DNA of 64,000 nt, from assembly GCA_964016885.1 (NCBI GenBank), contig OZ024749.1, positions 45,756,001 to 45,820,000 on the forward strand, in the 5' to 3' direction. A program made the translations under genes and the position numbers. This document shows, piece by piece, positions 47,494-63,314 of this stretch. This DNA is from Eledone cirrhosa (taxonomy: Eukaryota). Positions within the stretch are counted from its first letter, which is position 1. Each line of letters starts with the position of its first letter. The notes below the pieces were generated by a model. It searched no databases, was not told where the DNA came from, and saw nothing but the letters and a program-made list of their open reading frames with translations.

Positions 47494-47728
47494 CACTTAA
47501 TATGTAATATTATACCATACTATTTCATTATAATATCATTATAATTTTAAAGGATGTTAATGCATTACTACCATGTTGTTTGTTTCCTTTCCTCTGTTTT
47601 CCTCTGTCCCGATAACTTAATTTAGTTATCGCTTGCACTGATTTTAGGTATCTAGTCTTTAATACGAAGAAACACCAACGATAATCAGCCGGTTACTGAT
47701 GAAAGACATTCTGTTTCTCGGTCTATTT

Positions 47729-47792
<64 letters not shown>

Positions 47793-48020
47793 TACACGGG
47801 TGTGTATGATTTTGTATAGAAGATTATGTTAATAAAAGGAATTACAACTTTGTCTGATTTACTCGTTTTATTTACAATCCTTTAAAATTATATTGATATT
47901 ATAATGAAATAGTATGGTAGAATATTAAATGTTAAGAGTTAATTGGACAAGTACTTTCATGCTTTCGCAATCTTCAGGTTCGTAATGTGTGGTGACAGTC
48001 AAGTTTGCAATTTTCAACTG

Positions 48021-48023
<3 letters not shown>
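47490..48023 (+). mobile_element. Inverted-repeat element (family J) in (TA)n
   Basis: 47490-47555 is the reverse complement of 47877-47941 with few mismatches; ~80-bp tail to (TA)n with CAAGTACTT. Confidence 0.6.
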
Positions 48024-48066
<43 letters not shown>

Positions 48067-48235
48067 TAGTTATGAGAGAGAGAGGTGCTTCATATAGTGA
48101 AACTTAGGTACAAAGATTAAGTGTACAGTTGAATTTTCTACTATGCCATTTGTTTTTTTAGTTTCCCATTTGTTCTTTATATATTCATTCTATAAGACAC
48201 AGCATTAATGCGTAATCCTTCTCTCTCTCTCTCTT

Positions 48236-48320
<85 letters not shown>

Positions 48321-48328
<8 letters not shown>

Positions 48329-48360
48329 TGCCCCCTCGTTGTCGAGTATGGCCATTACAC
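48321..48360 (-). mobile_element. Extreme 3' end of a related RTE-like element
   Basis: rc reads GGCCATACTCGACAACGAGGGGGCAGCCATCAT(AT)n versus GGCCGTACTCGAAAACGAGTTGGCAGCCACCAT at 62475. Confidence 0.55.
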
Positions 48361-48495
48361 GATTTACCATTATTAACAATTTTTTTATTAATTCTATCTT
48401 GCAATGCCCGTGCGTGAAGATATTTTTTTTAAAGTGAGGAAAGACTGTGCATATATATATATATATCTATATATATATATATATATATATATATT

Positions 48496-48690
48496 TAACG
48501 AAGGAAATGTGGTAAGGAACCAGGTGGACCATAACGCACCAAAGTAGTCAATACTTAGGGTAGTAGAGTGGGTAATAGGAACGAGTAGGACGCCGACGGG
48601 TGAGCTCAGGCCGTTTCGACGGCTAATTCCGTCCAGAATTAGCCGTCGAAACGGCCTGAGCTCAGCCGTCGGGGTCCTACCCGTTCCTAT
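48496..48690 (-). mobile_element. Foldback element family B, copy 5
   Basis: Tail 48496-48574 plus palindrome 48575-48690 containing GAAACGGCCTGAGCTCAGCCGTC; (TA)n on both sides. Confidence 0.85.
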
Positions 48691-48885
48691 ATATATATAT
48701 ATATATATAGGGTGAGAAAGAGAGAGGGGGGACAGTTTGAGAGACAGACAGTGAGACAGAGAGAGAGAGACGGGGGTACTGCAATGTTGAAACCGGGAAG
48801 ACCACCAATCAAGGGGTTCTCGATACATGTTTTAATGCGTAGTTTGCACATATATATCAGCTGTCTCTCATATGTATATATATAC

Positions 48886-48967
<82 letters not shown>

Positions 48968-49252
48968 CTATCGTATCCCTTAGATGGTTTGTAATATTTT
49001 ATTAATATTCCTTTTACCATTGGTCTGAGTTAATTTAGGCACTTTGTTTCCTCAACTTCTATTTCCATTAGTGAGCTTTTAACCTACGTTTACACCCCTT
49101 AATGTTAGGGGTCATATTTCCAAAAGGAATTATTGCGAAGATATATCATACCTTCAGTTCTGTTTAGCAATCATACTCATTTCGAAATTACGTTCATTAT
49201 TCTTCGATGTATACATGACATAGCCTAGAAAGAAGATGTTTTCTATATATAT

Positions 49253-49440
49253 ATAATTGTTTCTACTTTTGGCACAAGGCCAGCAAATTATCCAGTACAT
49301 TACTGGTACTTTATTTTATCGACCCCGTAAGGATGAAAGGCAAAGTCAACCTCAGCGGGATTTGAACTCAGATCGTAAAGGGACGTAACTATGCTGGAAA
49401 GCATGGCGTCCGACCCTCCACCGATACTGCCAATTCACCG
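49253..49440 (-). mobile_element. tRNA-derived SINE
   Basis: Same family. Confidence 0.9.
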
Positions 49441-49540
49441 ATATATAATAATGTTTACATGCCAACGCAAGAGCAGAATGAGGGACTCATTCGACTGATA
49501 GGGCTTAAAAGAGGCTGTTTGCATAATTGCAAACGAATCG

Positions 49541-49640
49541 AATTTGACTTTGCCTTTCATCCTTACGGGGTCGATAAAATAAAGTACCAGTAATGCATTG
49601 GGTAATTGCTGGCCTTGTGCCAAAAGTAGAAACAATTATT
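49541..49640 (+). mobile_element. SINE, 5'-truncated
   Basis: Core and tail only. Confidence 0.85.
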
Positions 49641-49823
49641 AATATTCGGAAAAATTCAGATTACATTTATGCTATTCAGTCATGTAGAGAGATAACTTTT
49701 TTGTTTATATATATATATATATAAACATACATATGTACTTATACATATATATTAATTCATATATACAAGTATTTCTCTAACTCTCCATTTCTTTTTCTTT
49801 CTTCCTCTCTCTCCCTCTCACTT

Positions 49824-49855
<32 letters not shown>

Positions 49856-49886
49856 CGTGTGTGTGTGTGCGTGCATGCGTGTGTGC

Positions 49887-49953
<67 letters not shown>

Positions 49954-50357
49954 TATATATATTTAGACAAATAGTCGAGACCAGTAGAGATCGACAAAAT
50001 AACAAAGGAGAGTCGTATAGATGGAAGAATATAAAGAAAGAAATAAAGAGACGATACAAAAAATTCTCTCACGTACCTTTTCACTCACGGAAATATGGCG
50101 ACTCCTTGTCCTGTAGACATATTGTATATTACATTGTAAACATTTGTCATATTGTTTGTCGTTCATTTTGTTGTTGTTATTTCGTTTTTGTTACTGTGCT
50201 CATGCTTTCTGTTGTGTTTACTTTATATACCAGTAAATCTCTTATATATCTCGTTGTTGTTGTTGTCTACGTTCTCGTTGGCTTTGTTGTCTACGCTTTC
50301 CTGGTTCCAAAAATGTTGATCCTGCTGATTCTGTAGCTCCCCAGACAATTGGTAATA

Positions 50358-50550
50358 ATAATTGTTTCTACTGTTGGCACAAGCCCCGCAATTACTCCAG
50401 CAGTGTATTACTGGTACTTTATTTTATTGACCTCGTAAGGATGAAAGGCGTAGATGACCTCGGCGTGATTTGAACTCAGATCATAAACGGCCGTAACTCT
50501 ATGCTGCAAAGCATGGCATCTGATCCTCTATCGATACTCCCAATCCACCG
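50358..50550 (-). mobile_element. tRNA-derived SINE (tandem pair, left)
   Basis: Same family; AATTGGTAA(T/C)AATAATTG on both sides. Confidence 0.88.
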
Positions 50551-50564
50551 TTAAATTGGTAACA

Positions 50565-50747
50565 ATAATTGTTTCTACTTTTAGCACAAGGCCAGTAATT
50601 ATCCCAGTGTATTACTGGTACTTTATTTTATTGACCCCGTAAGGATGAAAGGCAAAGTTAACCTCGGCGGGATTTGAACTCAGAATGGAAAGGTTCGTAA
50701 CTCTATGCGTCAAAGCATGGCGTCCGACCCTCTAACGATACTGCCAA
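50565..50747 (-). mobile_element. tRNA-derived SINE (tandem pair, right)
   Basis: Same family. Confidence 0.88.
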
Positions 50748-51157
50748 GAGTTTGATGTCAGTGATGATGGTGAGGATGACATTTATGATTTTAATGACTA
50801 TGGTCGTTTTGTAGTGTTGCTGTTGATGATGGTAATGATAATAATGCTTGTGAGTATGCAGAGGCGGAAATGGAAGGAGGGGGGCAAAGAACGAATATTG
50901 TTTGATGTTTGCAATAGTGCTACATGTTTGAAATTGGTTTGGGTTTTTTTTGTGTGTAGTTGTGTATTTTGACAGAAATTTTAAATATGCTTCAATTTCC
51001 GATTACACATAACCACCATATTCAACGGCATCTTTATTATCACCATTATTAATTTGATTTGTGGAAGTATTCAAACAACCAGATAACTGCACACATACAT
51101 ACACACAACCACATTCACTCACACAAAAGCTCATATATCTCTCTCTCTATATATATA

Positions 51158-51438
51158 GTAAGAATATTTTTCGAAACAGCTAGCAGGTTTTAAATTATTA
51201 TAAATGTAAGCTATCGCGGTATTTTGACTAAAGAAATAAACAAAATTATTTAGCCTGATAGTGGGGTTAAGAACCCTCGGAGAAATGGAAGAAGATGAGT
51301 ATTGACGTATATGGGAGTCGAACCCACATATTTGGTTATCCAGACCACTGTGCTACAATTTACACCAACACATCACCTGTCTTTTTCCATTCAATGTAAG
51401 GTCAAGTAAGAATATTTTTCGAAACAGCGAGCGGGTTT
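51158..51438 (-). mobile_element. Family D element, partial-tandem form with ~33-bp direct terminal repeats and an internal tRNA-like unit
   Basis: GTAAGAATATTTTTCGAAACAGC(T/G)AGC(A/G)GGTTT at 51158-51190 and 51406-51438 (period 248); TA repeats on both flanks. Confidence 0.8.
51303..51374 (-). tRNA. tRNA-like cloverleaf (72 nt; probably element-borne or pseudo, loop reads GGA but the variable arm is short)
   Basis: GATGTGT-TG-GTGT(AAATTGTA)GCAC-A-GTGGT(CTGGATA)ACCAA-ATAT-GTGGG(TTCGACT)CCCAT-ATACGTC-A. All four stems pair with canonical spacing (one mismatch in the anticodon stem); B box GGTTCGACTCC. Confidence 0.7.
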
Positions 51439-51441
51439 ATA

Positions 51442-51531
<90 letters not shown>

Positions 51532-51546
51532 CATATATATATATAC

Positions 51547-51652
<106 letters not shown>

Positions 51653-52285
51653 GATATAAATATTTATATATATGGAGTGTGTGCGTATGTGTGCCTCTGT
51701 CCTCTAATAAACGCACTCCCATATATACATATAAACACACACTTATAAATAAATATATTCTTAGATACAATGAGAAAATTATATATAAGTAAATTGATAT
51801 GAAGATATACATACGGATATATATTTTATATCATTGTGTTTCAGTAGGTGCTTAAACTTATTGTTTGATTGTGTACAGAAATGCGTATGTAGAAATGTTT
51901 GTTTATATAATCCCCTAAAGCAAGCATGCTTTGAAGATTTTTGCAATGCACCTGTAGAATACACCTGTAAATGCTTGTGCCTGGTGGGGTTACAGAAAAT
52001 AATAAAGGTGAATACTTGATTGTGTTGTAAATGTATTGTTATCCGCCACATATTTATAGGCGTATCTTAATACTATATCTATTTGCTTTCTAATTTGCTA
52101 ACCCTTATCTTTTATAGAGATCAACATGCGGTACATCTCTCCTCTCATAGTTTTCTATCACACATTCACTTTCTTGGCTTCTGTCTTTCTCTCTCTCGCT
52201 TTATCTTGCTTTTGCTCTGTCTCTTTTTTCTCTATCCTTCTTTCTCTTCTGTATAACATGTTACTGTTATTTTAAGTATATATAT

Positions 52286-52560
<275 letters not shown>

Positions 52561-53065
52561 CATATATATATATATGTATGTATGTGTATGTGTGTGTACA
52601 CATATATATATATATGTGTGTGTTTGTTTGTGTTTGCCATATAAGTATATATTTTAATTTAAGACTGTATGTCAATAATAGTAGTTTCGATGTCAGGTAA
52701 ATAATGGCTGAGGTGGAAGAAAATACAAGACAGAATCTGATAGAAATGAAATAATTTATTGTCGTGAAAGGGTATTGGATAATTTTGATACATGGATATA
52801 TATTTAGGTGTCTAATAAGTATAACTCAATTTTATTCGAGTACATCACAAGTTATATATATTTTTCAATTTTTAATCCGTTCTTATATACTCCTTTGTAA
52901 TAATACTCTATTTATTTTCTAAGCTGGGTTACCATTTACCAGATTTGTTGGTGCATGTGTTGGCGTTTTAAAAAAAATAAGATGTCTTCATTCCAATAAA
53001 AAGCGATGTTGCGAGTGTTAAATCTTTACCTTACAATTCAAGAGTTACATAAACTTGGAGGTATG

Positions 53066-53127
<62 letters not shown>

Positions 53128-53218
53128 TTAAAGAGAGAGAGGTGGGTGTTCCTGGTGTGTGTGTGCATGTGTGTGGAATTATGTATGTATGTGTCTATGT
53201 GTGTTTCTGCATGCATGC

Positions 53219-53315
<97 letters not shown>

Positions 53316-54600
53316 TATATAGATAGATAGATAGATAGGTAGATAGATATAAATCTGTGTGTGCGCATGTGTGTGTGTATGTCCGTATGTGTACGCTGCA
53401 TCAATCTATGAAGCTTCCTTCCTCACTCCCACCTTTACCCCTCCTGAAACTTCACTTTAACGATATATTATTACCTTCTATACTCTCGGTTTACATTTGC
53501 TTTATTCTAATTGTTCATCGTTTAGTATAACGTCCATCCACCTTTTAGTACATGACATGTATAAAGCGCAATCATTGTTTTGTTTTAGCTTGAATTTCCT
53601 CTCTCAATTGTTCATATGAGGATTTTATTGCTTCTTTATACCTTCTCTATCCTCCGAATAGTCTTTTCTTTGTCTTCATCGATCTTCAATATATATATGT
53701 CCTGATTGATTTTTCTTTACTTAATGGTATCAAGAGAAAGCTGCATCTAATTTCACCTGTCTCTCATAATTAACTTACGGAGATGTCCCTATTGTGTTTT
53801 TTAATGGGAGTATTATTATGTTTATCGTTATGTTTCATTCTATTATTATTGATATTGTTACTATTATGCTCATTATTATCGTTAGAACAATAATGATAGA
53901 ATCATAAGAGATCCGGAGAAAACCCAATAAGTTTTACACTGTGTCATGCATCAGGAATCGATTCGATTTAATAAGTTGATAAGGTCATCCATTATCAAGA
54001 GGATACATTCGTCAAAGATACAGTCCTTCCTTTAAGATTGAAAATGTGGTTTACTATTCATTCCCCTACAATTTCTAACAGGTCTAGCATATATATATAG
54101 AAATATTTTCGTTGGTTTATTTATAGGTCAAGTAATATGATATTCTTTATATGGTTAAGAGTCCCAGTATTTAGAATAATAGAGGAAGAAGAATGTGTAT
54201 AAAATCTTTGCTAATGATTCTGAATACTGTGCCAGCATTTTATAATTATGATTTATATATCGTGCATTCAATTATAACAATATGACTTTGTTATGATCAC
54301 GTCCTTACATTCAATATATCAACAAAGTACCCACTTCCCTATAAACGACTCTCATGTTATTCAATAGTTGTTTGAATTGCTAATAGTATATTCATAGATC
54401 AAGATATTGTGTTTATGAACAAATCCCGAGGGTGAAAATCTTCACCAGTGAAAATATCTACATGAACTTTATTTTATCACTAAATATTTTGCCCAAATAT
54501 AATCATACATTATGTGTGCTGTGTGTTGTGTCACAATACACAGCACACAAAAACAAAATGGTGTAGGGCAGAACAAAGGCGAGACACAAAATAAAAAACC

Positions 54601-54876
<276 letters not shown>

Positions 54877-55214
54877 TAGATATACATACATATATATATA
54901 CATACACATATATATATATATATACATTCGAATCATGAATTGCTCCAAATTTTACTGAATATGGTCGGTGAGATCAATTGCTGCTAAATAATTTATTAAA
55001 TAAAATTAGTTACCTATACACGTACTTGCACTGCACTTCATTCGCTAATCTTCTGCTATAGATCGCTTATGAAGGAACAACCTCGAAACACACAATTTAC
55101 TAAATGTCAAGTTTCGGAATTGCACGCCATTCGCAAAATGCCATCTTTACATTACTTAGACCATGTAATGGCAAACTTTGTGTGAATATAAGATATCGAA
55201 ATGGAGCATGTATG

Positions 55215-55262
<48 letters not shown>

Positions 55263-55330
55263 TATATATATATATATGTGTGTGTGTGCATGTGTGTGTG
55301 TGTGTATATGTATGTATATATATCGATATT

Positions 55331-55377
<47 letters not shown>

Positions 55378-55441
55378 GCGTGTGTGTGTGTGAATATGTA
55401 TGTATATATATATGTATATTTATATATATATATAAATATAA

Positions 55442-55595
<154 letters not shown>

Positions 55596-55608
55596 TATAA
55601 TTTTATAT

Positions 55609-55649
<41 letters not shown>

Positions 55650-55846
55650 GTGACATGGGAATGATAAATACTGGATGGATATAGGGAGGGTATGGTGATA
55701 TATAATTTGAAATAAGTCTATATATGCACGCAGGTATCTTATAATACTTGGAAATCAATAAAGTAGTAACCCATAATGGAAATTCGGTTTCAAATCGCAA
55801 CGTTCATTTCGACATGTTATTATACATAAAAAGATCAGCCAAAGAT

Positions 55847-55913
55847 ATTGGCAGTATCGGTAGAGAGTCGGACGCCATGCTTTCCAGCAGAGTTACGTCC
55901 CTTTACGGTCTGA
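55847..55913 (+). mobile_element. SINE head fragment (3'-truncated)
   Basis: ATTGGCAGTATCGGTAGAGAGTCGGACGCCATGCTT...TTTACGGTCTGA. Confidence 0.8.
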
Positions 55914-56389
55914 TGAAACGTGATAGGAGACTGTTGTTTTACCTTTGTTTTCGTTTCAGATCTTCTTCTTCTTCTTCTTCTTCTTCTTCTTCTTCTTCTT
56001 CTTCTTCTTCTTCTTCTTCTTCTTCTTCTTCTCATTCCGTCCGCTGTACTCCTGAATATCCTCTCATCAGTGACATATATATATTTATATATACATATAC
56101 AAAGAGTGAAATTTGAAAAAAAAAAGCAGTAAAATGAAAATTATGCAGATTTGCTTTTCATAGAGGTCATGATTTTTTAATATATATTTTGGCATGTATA
56201 TAAAACTTGTTGGTATATTTATGTGGGTTAGTGTTTGAGGTTTCTACGTATGCACATTCTATTCATTCACGCCACATTTGAGTTCCGTCACATACTTTTC
56301 ATAAGGAGGAACATTCCACAGGACAAAGATCAATTTGTATGTAGGCGTGCATGCATTTATGTACACACATACATACACACACACACATG

Positions 56390-56466
<77 letters not shown>

Positions 56467-56536
56467 TTGTATATATGTATGTATTTACATAAATATATAT
56501 ATTTATAAATGTATATATATATATGTATGTATTTAC

Positions 56537-56569
<33 letters not shown>

Positions 56570-56639
56570 CATATGTGTATATATATGTATGTACATATAT
56601 ATATATGTATGTATAGTATATATATATATAGGTATGTAC

Positions 56640-56670
<31 letters not shown>

Positions 56671-56976
56671 TATGTATATATATACATATATATATATACA
56701 TATATATATATATGTATATATATATGTATGTATGTATATATATGTATGTATTATCTGATCAGAGCAAACAGCACGGACACTCTATCTCAAAATTATTTTT
56801 GAAAAGCATTTAGAAATGCGCAACCGGTAAAAACTTAAAAACTTAAAACCACAACTGAATACTAACCCATACAATCACTAATACTCTTTTATTCCTAATT
56901 AAACCATTTTTCAACTGTGAACAATTTGTCAGCATTTTCTATTCCGTTTACCAATATATATATATATATATATATA

Positions 56977-57082
56977 TGCAAAAGTTTTATTTAAAATTGT
57001 TGGGTTACAACGAGTAAATATTTTATAACTGATAAAAAAGCACTCAACAGTTTTTGGAGTAGGTTTACGATATTAAACTCGT
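56977..57082 (-). mobile_element. Solo tail of family G in (TA)n
   Basis: Homologous to 57375-57470; AAGCACTCAA at 57038-57047. Confidence 0.75.
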
Positions 57083-57091
57083 ATATATATA

Positions 57092-57182
<91 letters not shown>

Positions 57183-57505
57183 TTTAACTTTAATTATATC
57201 TCGTAAATTAATACAACTGGTTTTTCCACATTATACATATTGTTAGCACCCCAAACACTTAAATTGGGTTTATATTTAAATATAACCTAATGTTTGTTGA
57301 GTGAGATGGTTACCAGTCGGAGTTTAGCTTTGAACTATCTCTATTATTGTATTAAATATATATATATATATATATGGAAAGTTATATTTAAAATTGTTGG
57401 GTTACAACTAGTAAATATTTATAACTGATATAAAAGCACTCGACAAATATTTGGAGTATATTTACAATATTAAATAAATGGAAACTATATTTATAAAACC
57501 ATATT

Positions 57506-57571
57506 TATTTCATTATATATATTTCGGGGATATCATATTAACAATATGCCATGCCCTCCTCAGACAAAATA
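57506..57571 (-). ncRNA. Minimal type-I hammerhead ribozyme (mirror copy)
   Basis: Reverse complement of 57723-57788 within the palindrome. Confidence 0.82.
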
Positions 57572-57722
57572 CAATATAAACAGTTTTATAGATAAATAGA
57601 TTTGACATACCGTTATAACACCGACTTCCATTTGAAGAGGTTTACAGCTTAAACCTCTTCAAATAGAAGTCGGTGTTATAACGGTATGTCAAATCTATTT
57701 ATCTATAAAACTGTTTATATTG

Positions 57723-57788
57723 TATTTTGTCTGAGGAGGGCATGGCATATTGTTAATATGATATCCCCGAAATATATATAATGAAATA
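57723..57788 (+). ncRNA. Minimal type-I hammerhead ribozyme
   Basis: UAUUUUGU-CUGAGGA-GGGCAUGGCAUAUU(GUU)AAUAUGAUAUCCCC-GAAA-UAUAUA-UA^-AUGAAAUA; predicted cleavage after 57780. Confidence 0.82.
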
Positions 57789-57825
57789 AATATGGTTTTA
57801 TAAATATAGTTTCCATTTATTTAAT

Positions 57826-57902
<77 letters not shown>

Positions 57903-57924
57903 TATATATCATATATATATATAT

Positions 57925-58022
<98 letters not shown>

Positions 58023-58032
58023 TATATATATC

Positions 58033-58097
<65 letters not shown>

Positions 58098-58588
58098 ATA
58101 TATATATATATGATATATATAGGTATTATAAACATACGACAGTCTTATTAAGAATGAGCTTTTTGCGAGAGATGATGATGATACAGCTATCCCAGTATCA
58201 GTGCTATTTGGCGGGTACCTAACCACGCTGTATATGACCCATGTATGCAAGCAATACATAACGATAAATAGAGAAATATCTCTTAGTAAATATTTTGCAG
58301 AATAACACAACCACAATATTAGTAATATTCAGTTCATCATCTTTTCATAAACATTGTCCCATACTGTGAATTGTCCTCCTGTTTACTGTCCTCTGGGGCA
58401 TGCAATATATAATCCTGTCTAAAATGTCAAAATTAGTGGTGTCACATAGCATATGCGTCTATAGCACCATTAAATTATTTTCTCTTTAAGAGAGAGTGTT
58501 AGAGAGATAGAGAGAGAGAGAGAGAGAGGGGAGGGAGGAGAGATATATTATAAGAAGAAGATATAGAGAGGGACATAGTGCGATCTAC

Positions 58589-58652
<64 letters not shown>

Positions 58653-60055
58653 TCGCTGGCGAAATTTGAACTTAGACTATAAAAGTTAGAAATTGAATAT
58701 TAAAAGTAAATTTGTCCTTCTTCAATACAGACAACTCACTGGGAATCAGGTATATAATCTTTAAATGAAATCGCAGCGCAAAATTACATACATAACCCAA
58801 TTTTGCCAAACACCCAAAATTTGTTTCCCATTTAACAAATTTAGTTCGCAATTGTTTTTAATTGGCCAAGGATGTGTCCAAAATAATTGGTCAATAACTA
58901 CTTCAGATTTGAAGTGAGTCTAGACACATGCATAGCCAAGACACATCTAATTTTCGTTTTAAATAATACACCCCCATGTGTAATATTTTACCCTCTTGTT
59001 ACCCACACCCATATACTATACTCGATTGTATTAACATAAAAAGAGGGTTGATATTTACCTAATTAACAAAACCACTTTTACTCATAACAAGCAATCCTTG
59101 AGAGATTTTGTAGCGACAGTTTTCCATTGTCCCTATTGTCCTCTATTGAACGGATTTTCTTCTATTGCGTTTCACGTATCCGATCCAACACCACTTAAAC
59201 TTTCAAGCTACGAAAAGTAAAATTCACTTCAACATAGAGCACGCTAAGACATTTCTATTAAACAGAGAGTTTGGTTTTGAGAGTTACTTTTACAGGAAAC
59301 TAATAGCAGACTTGTTTGGATCAACGGGTTATACATTTAAAGCTTACTGATTGACCCTTTCGAATTCTGAGTTCAAATCCCTCCAGTGTTTCATTTCATA
59401 TTTATAACCATTTTAATCGAATTATGCCTTCCGTAAAACATGAGACCTGATTTGTTTTTAATATATAAGAGTGAATTGTTTTACATCTGTATTGACTTAT
59501 GCTCAACATTTTAAGTCACAGATAAGCACTCCTAAACAACTTTGAATAGGCTCACAGCATTTCACAACAGTCTTGTGTCAATTGGGGAGTTGTATAGGTA
59601 ACAGTTCTGAGTGGCCGTGCTAAAGATACGGATAAATGTGTGTAATGTTTGCTCTCCTCACCCAGCAAACCAGAAAAAAAGACGAGATAGGGATGAACAG
59701 AGATGATCCAAAATTAGATTGTGTCCATCCGGGTTCAAATGAAGATAACAAACAAAAGAGCTGATAAATGAGTTAAAGAAAATGTTAAATATACAGTACA
59801 AACAAAATGAAAACCAGGTGCCAGGAGAGAAACATAGAGACAGAAAGACAGAAGCAAATAAGATACCATATAATTAACACAAACACACAGACACACAAAC
59901 ATATATATATTCATTATATAAAAATTAACTCTACATCGGTATTGAGTACTGTTTCCTCTCAGGTGTGAACTACATAGGGATACATTTATATGTAAATATA
60001 TATATATATATATACTTATACATATAGTAGTGTATATATGAATATATATATATAT

Positions 60056-60965
<910 letters not shown>

Positions 60966-61176
60966 TATATAGAAGTGAGAAAAACTCCAGAAAAACCCCA
61001 TCTCAACCCTACTTTTGAAAAGCAGAAAAACTGCGAAACCGGTAAAGGAACCAAATACATATATATATATTTTTTTAAAATAAGACTCCAGTTGCATTTT
61101 CGATTTCATATTTTTCTTTATACTTTCACTCGTGTAGGACACCTCGGTTATTTTTCATTTTGTAAAAAAATCTCAC

Positions 61177-61237
<61 letters not shown>

Positions 61238-61244
61238 CACACAC

Positions 61245-61417
<173 letters not shown>

Positions 61418-61420
61418 TTT

Positions 61421-61568
<148 letters not shown>

Positions 61569-62293
61569 AAAGTATAATGCTACATGTGTTAACTTATATG
61601 TGCTTGTTTGTTTGCTTGAATGTATCATTGTTTGCAAAGAATATTAGTCAGAAAAATGTCAGCAAACCACACGATGAGCGTTGAAGTGCAACCCAGAGAG
61701 TGTAGATCGATGTGGCTGCTGTTCAATGTATTTGCCCTTTGTCTCCCAATGGGTTTATATATACGTCGGTGATATTAGTGTGTCTGCATGTCTATATATG
61801 TGTTTTTCGTTGCGTATTTCAAATTATGTTTGTCTGGGCGGCGTCCTGTATGTGAAACCGTGCGTTAGTGTTTAAACTGATACATGCATCGAGTTATTCA
61901 AAAATCGGGAAATAAATTTGCACCTGTATTGCAAGACATTTGACGTGTCAGTGCGCAAGAATAAAATGACCGGATTTCGAGGGTGCTGATTCTAACTGTG
62001 CATTAATGCTTACAACAATGTAGCTCCATATCCAGATATCACAATGCATGCATAAACTTATTGTTAGTTAAGTATATATGCGATTGTTGATTTTGGCAAA
62101 ACAACTTAATTAAACTCTGTTCTAAAATTCTCTTACGCTACATGTATGTCTGTCTGTCCCATAGCATAAAACAGACAAACAAACACCTACACACACATAT
62201 ATATATATGTGTGTGTGCGTGTGTGTGTGTGTGTATAACATCATATATTTTTGCATATATATGTTTATATGTATGCATATACACACACACACA

Positions 62294-62347
<54 letters not shown>

Positions 62348-62371
62348 TATACATACATATATATCTATATC

Positions 62372-62461
<90 letters not shown>

Positions 62462-62474
62462 TATATATATAAAT

Positions 62475-62823
62475 ATGGTGGCTGCCAACTCGTTTTCGAG
62501 TACGGCCACTACTTTATATTCATGTAGGAGAACCCCTACGGATGGGCTGAACAAGTGTGACTTTTTAGTTCAGCCAGTGACTTGAAAACTCTGGTACAAA
62601 CACTACACTTGCGACAATCATTGACACATAGTGCTGGGCCCAATGTCCCATGTGATGACAAGTGCAGAGAGATCTCCAGATATAACGCAATGCCTGTGCC
62701 GTCTGGCTGATATAACACCTGCAACCCTGATGGTATCGAATGATGTTGACTTGTTCTTCTTTTTGGTAAATATCATATTGGTTAAGAGAGTGGGACTGGC
62801 TTTGTGCAGTGCCTTTGCTCACT

Positions 62824-62826
<3 letters not shown>
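62475..62826 (-). mobile_element. Second copy of the RTE-like element with 5' inversion
   Basis: 62475-62702 is collinear with 18718-18945; 62723-62826 is the reverse complement of 18954-19057. Confidence 0.7.
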
Positions 62827-62890
<64 letters not shown>

Positions 62891-62892
<2 letters not shown>

Positions 62893-63090
62893 TTTTGAGT
62901 TTATGTTGGTTGTATACCAACACCTCAGTATGCAGGCTGGAGCACTCGACGAAGTGCGCAGGTTGGTTTGGTTACTCCGGAGTAGTGTAAAATAAAGTTA
63001 AATAAAAGTCAAATGATTAAAATTTAGCTTCGTTTATCACTGCAGTGATAAACGAAGCTAAATTTTAATCATTTGACTTTTATTTAACTT

Positions 63091-63097
<7 letters not shown>
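62891..63097 (-). mobile_element. Foldback element family H
   Basis: Perfect loopless palindrome 62988-63097 (centre CACTG|CAGTG at 63042/63043). Tail 62891-62987 has GAGCACTCGA at 62940-62949. (TA)n on both sides. Confidence 0.8.
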
Positions 63098-63188
<91 letters not shown>

Positions 63189-63314
63189 AGGAGGTGAGTT
63201 TTATTGTAGTACAATAAAGCAATGCAGATATCGGATAAGAAGCACTCTACAGTTTGTAGGACTGGAGTATACATAATATATATGAGAACAAAAGATGGTT
63301 AAAGGAGTTCCATG

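Larger units (their letters stand above)
57375..57831 (-). mobile_element. (TA)n-embedded foldback element, family G (hammerhead-bearing)
   Basis: 182-bp arms 57463-57644 and 57650-57831 (one mismatch seen, loop CAGCT). Tail 57375-57462 has AAGCACTCGA (rc TCGAGTGCTT) at 57434-57443. (TA)n on both sides. Confidence 0.88.

Noticed and set aside
47960-47980. Minus-strand CTGAAGA-TTGC-GAAA
   Set aside because: No stem II possible and no stem I; likely coincidental.
51255-51290. CTGATAG-hairpin-GAAA on the plus strand of family D as a hammerhead
   Set aside because: The core is not CUGANGA, and helices I and III do not form.
58740-58900. Possible DNA-transposon terminal remnants (also 35935-36115, 39330-39570, 61890-62010)
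   Set aside because: Only a vague compositional resemblance; no paired TIRs or transposase frame found in the window.
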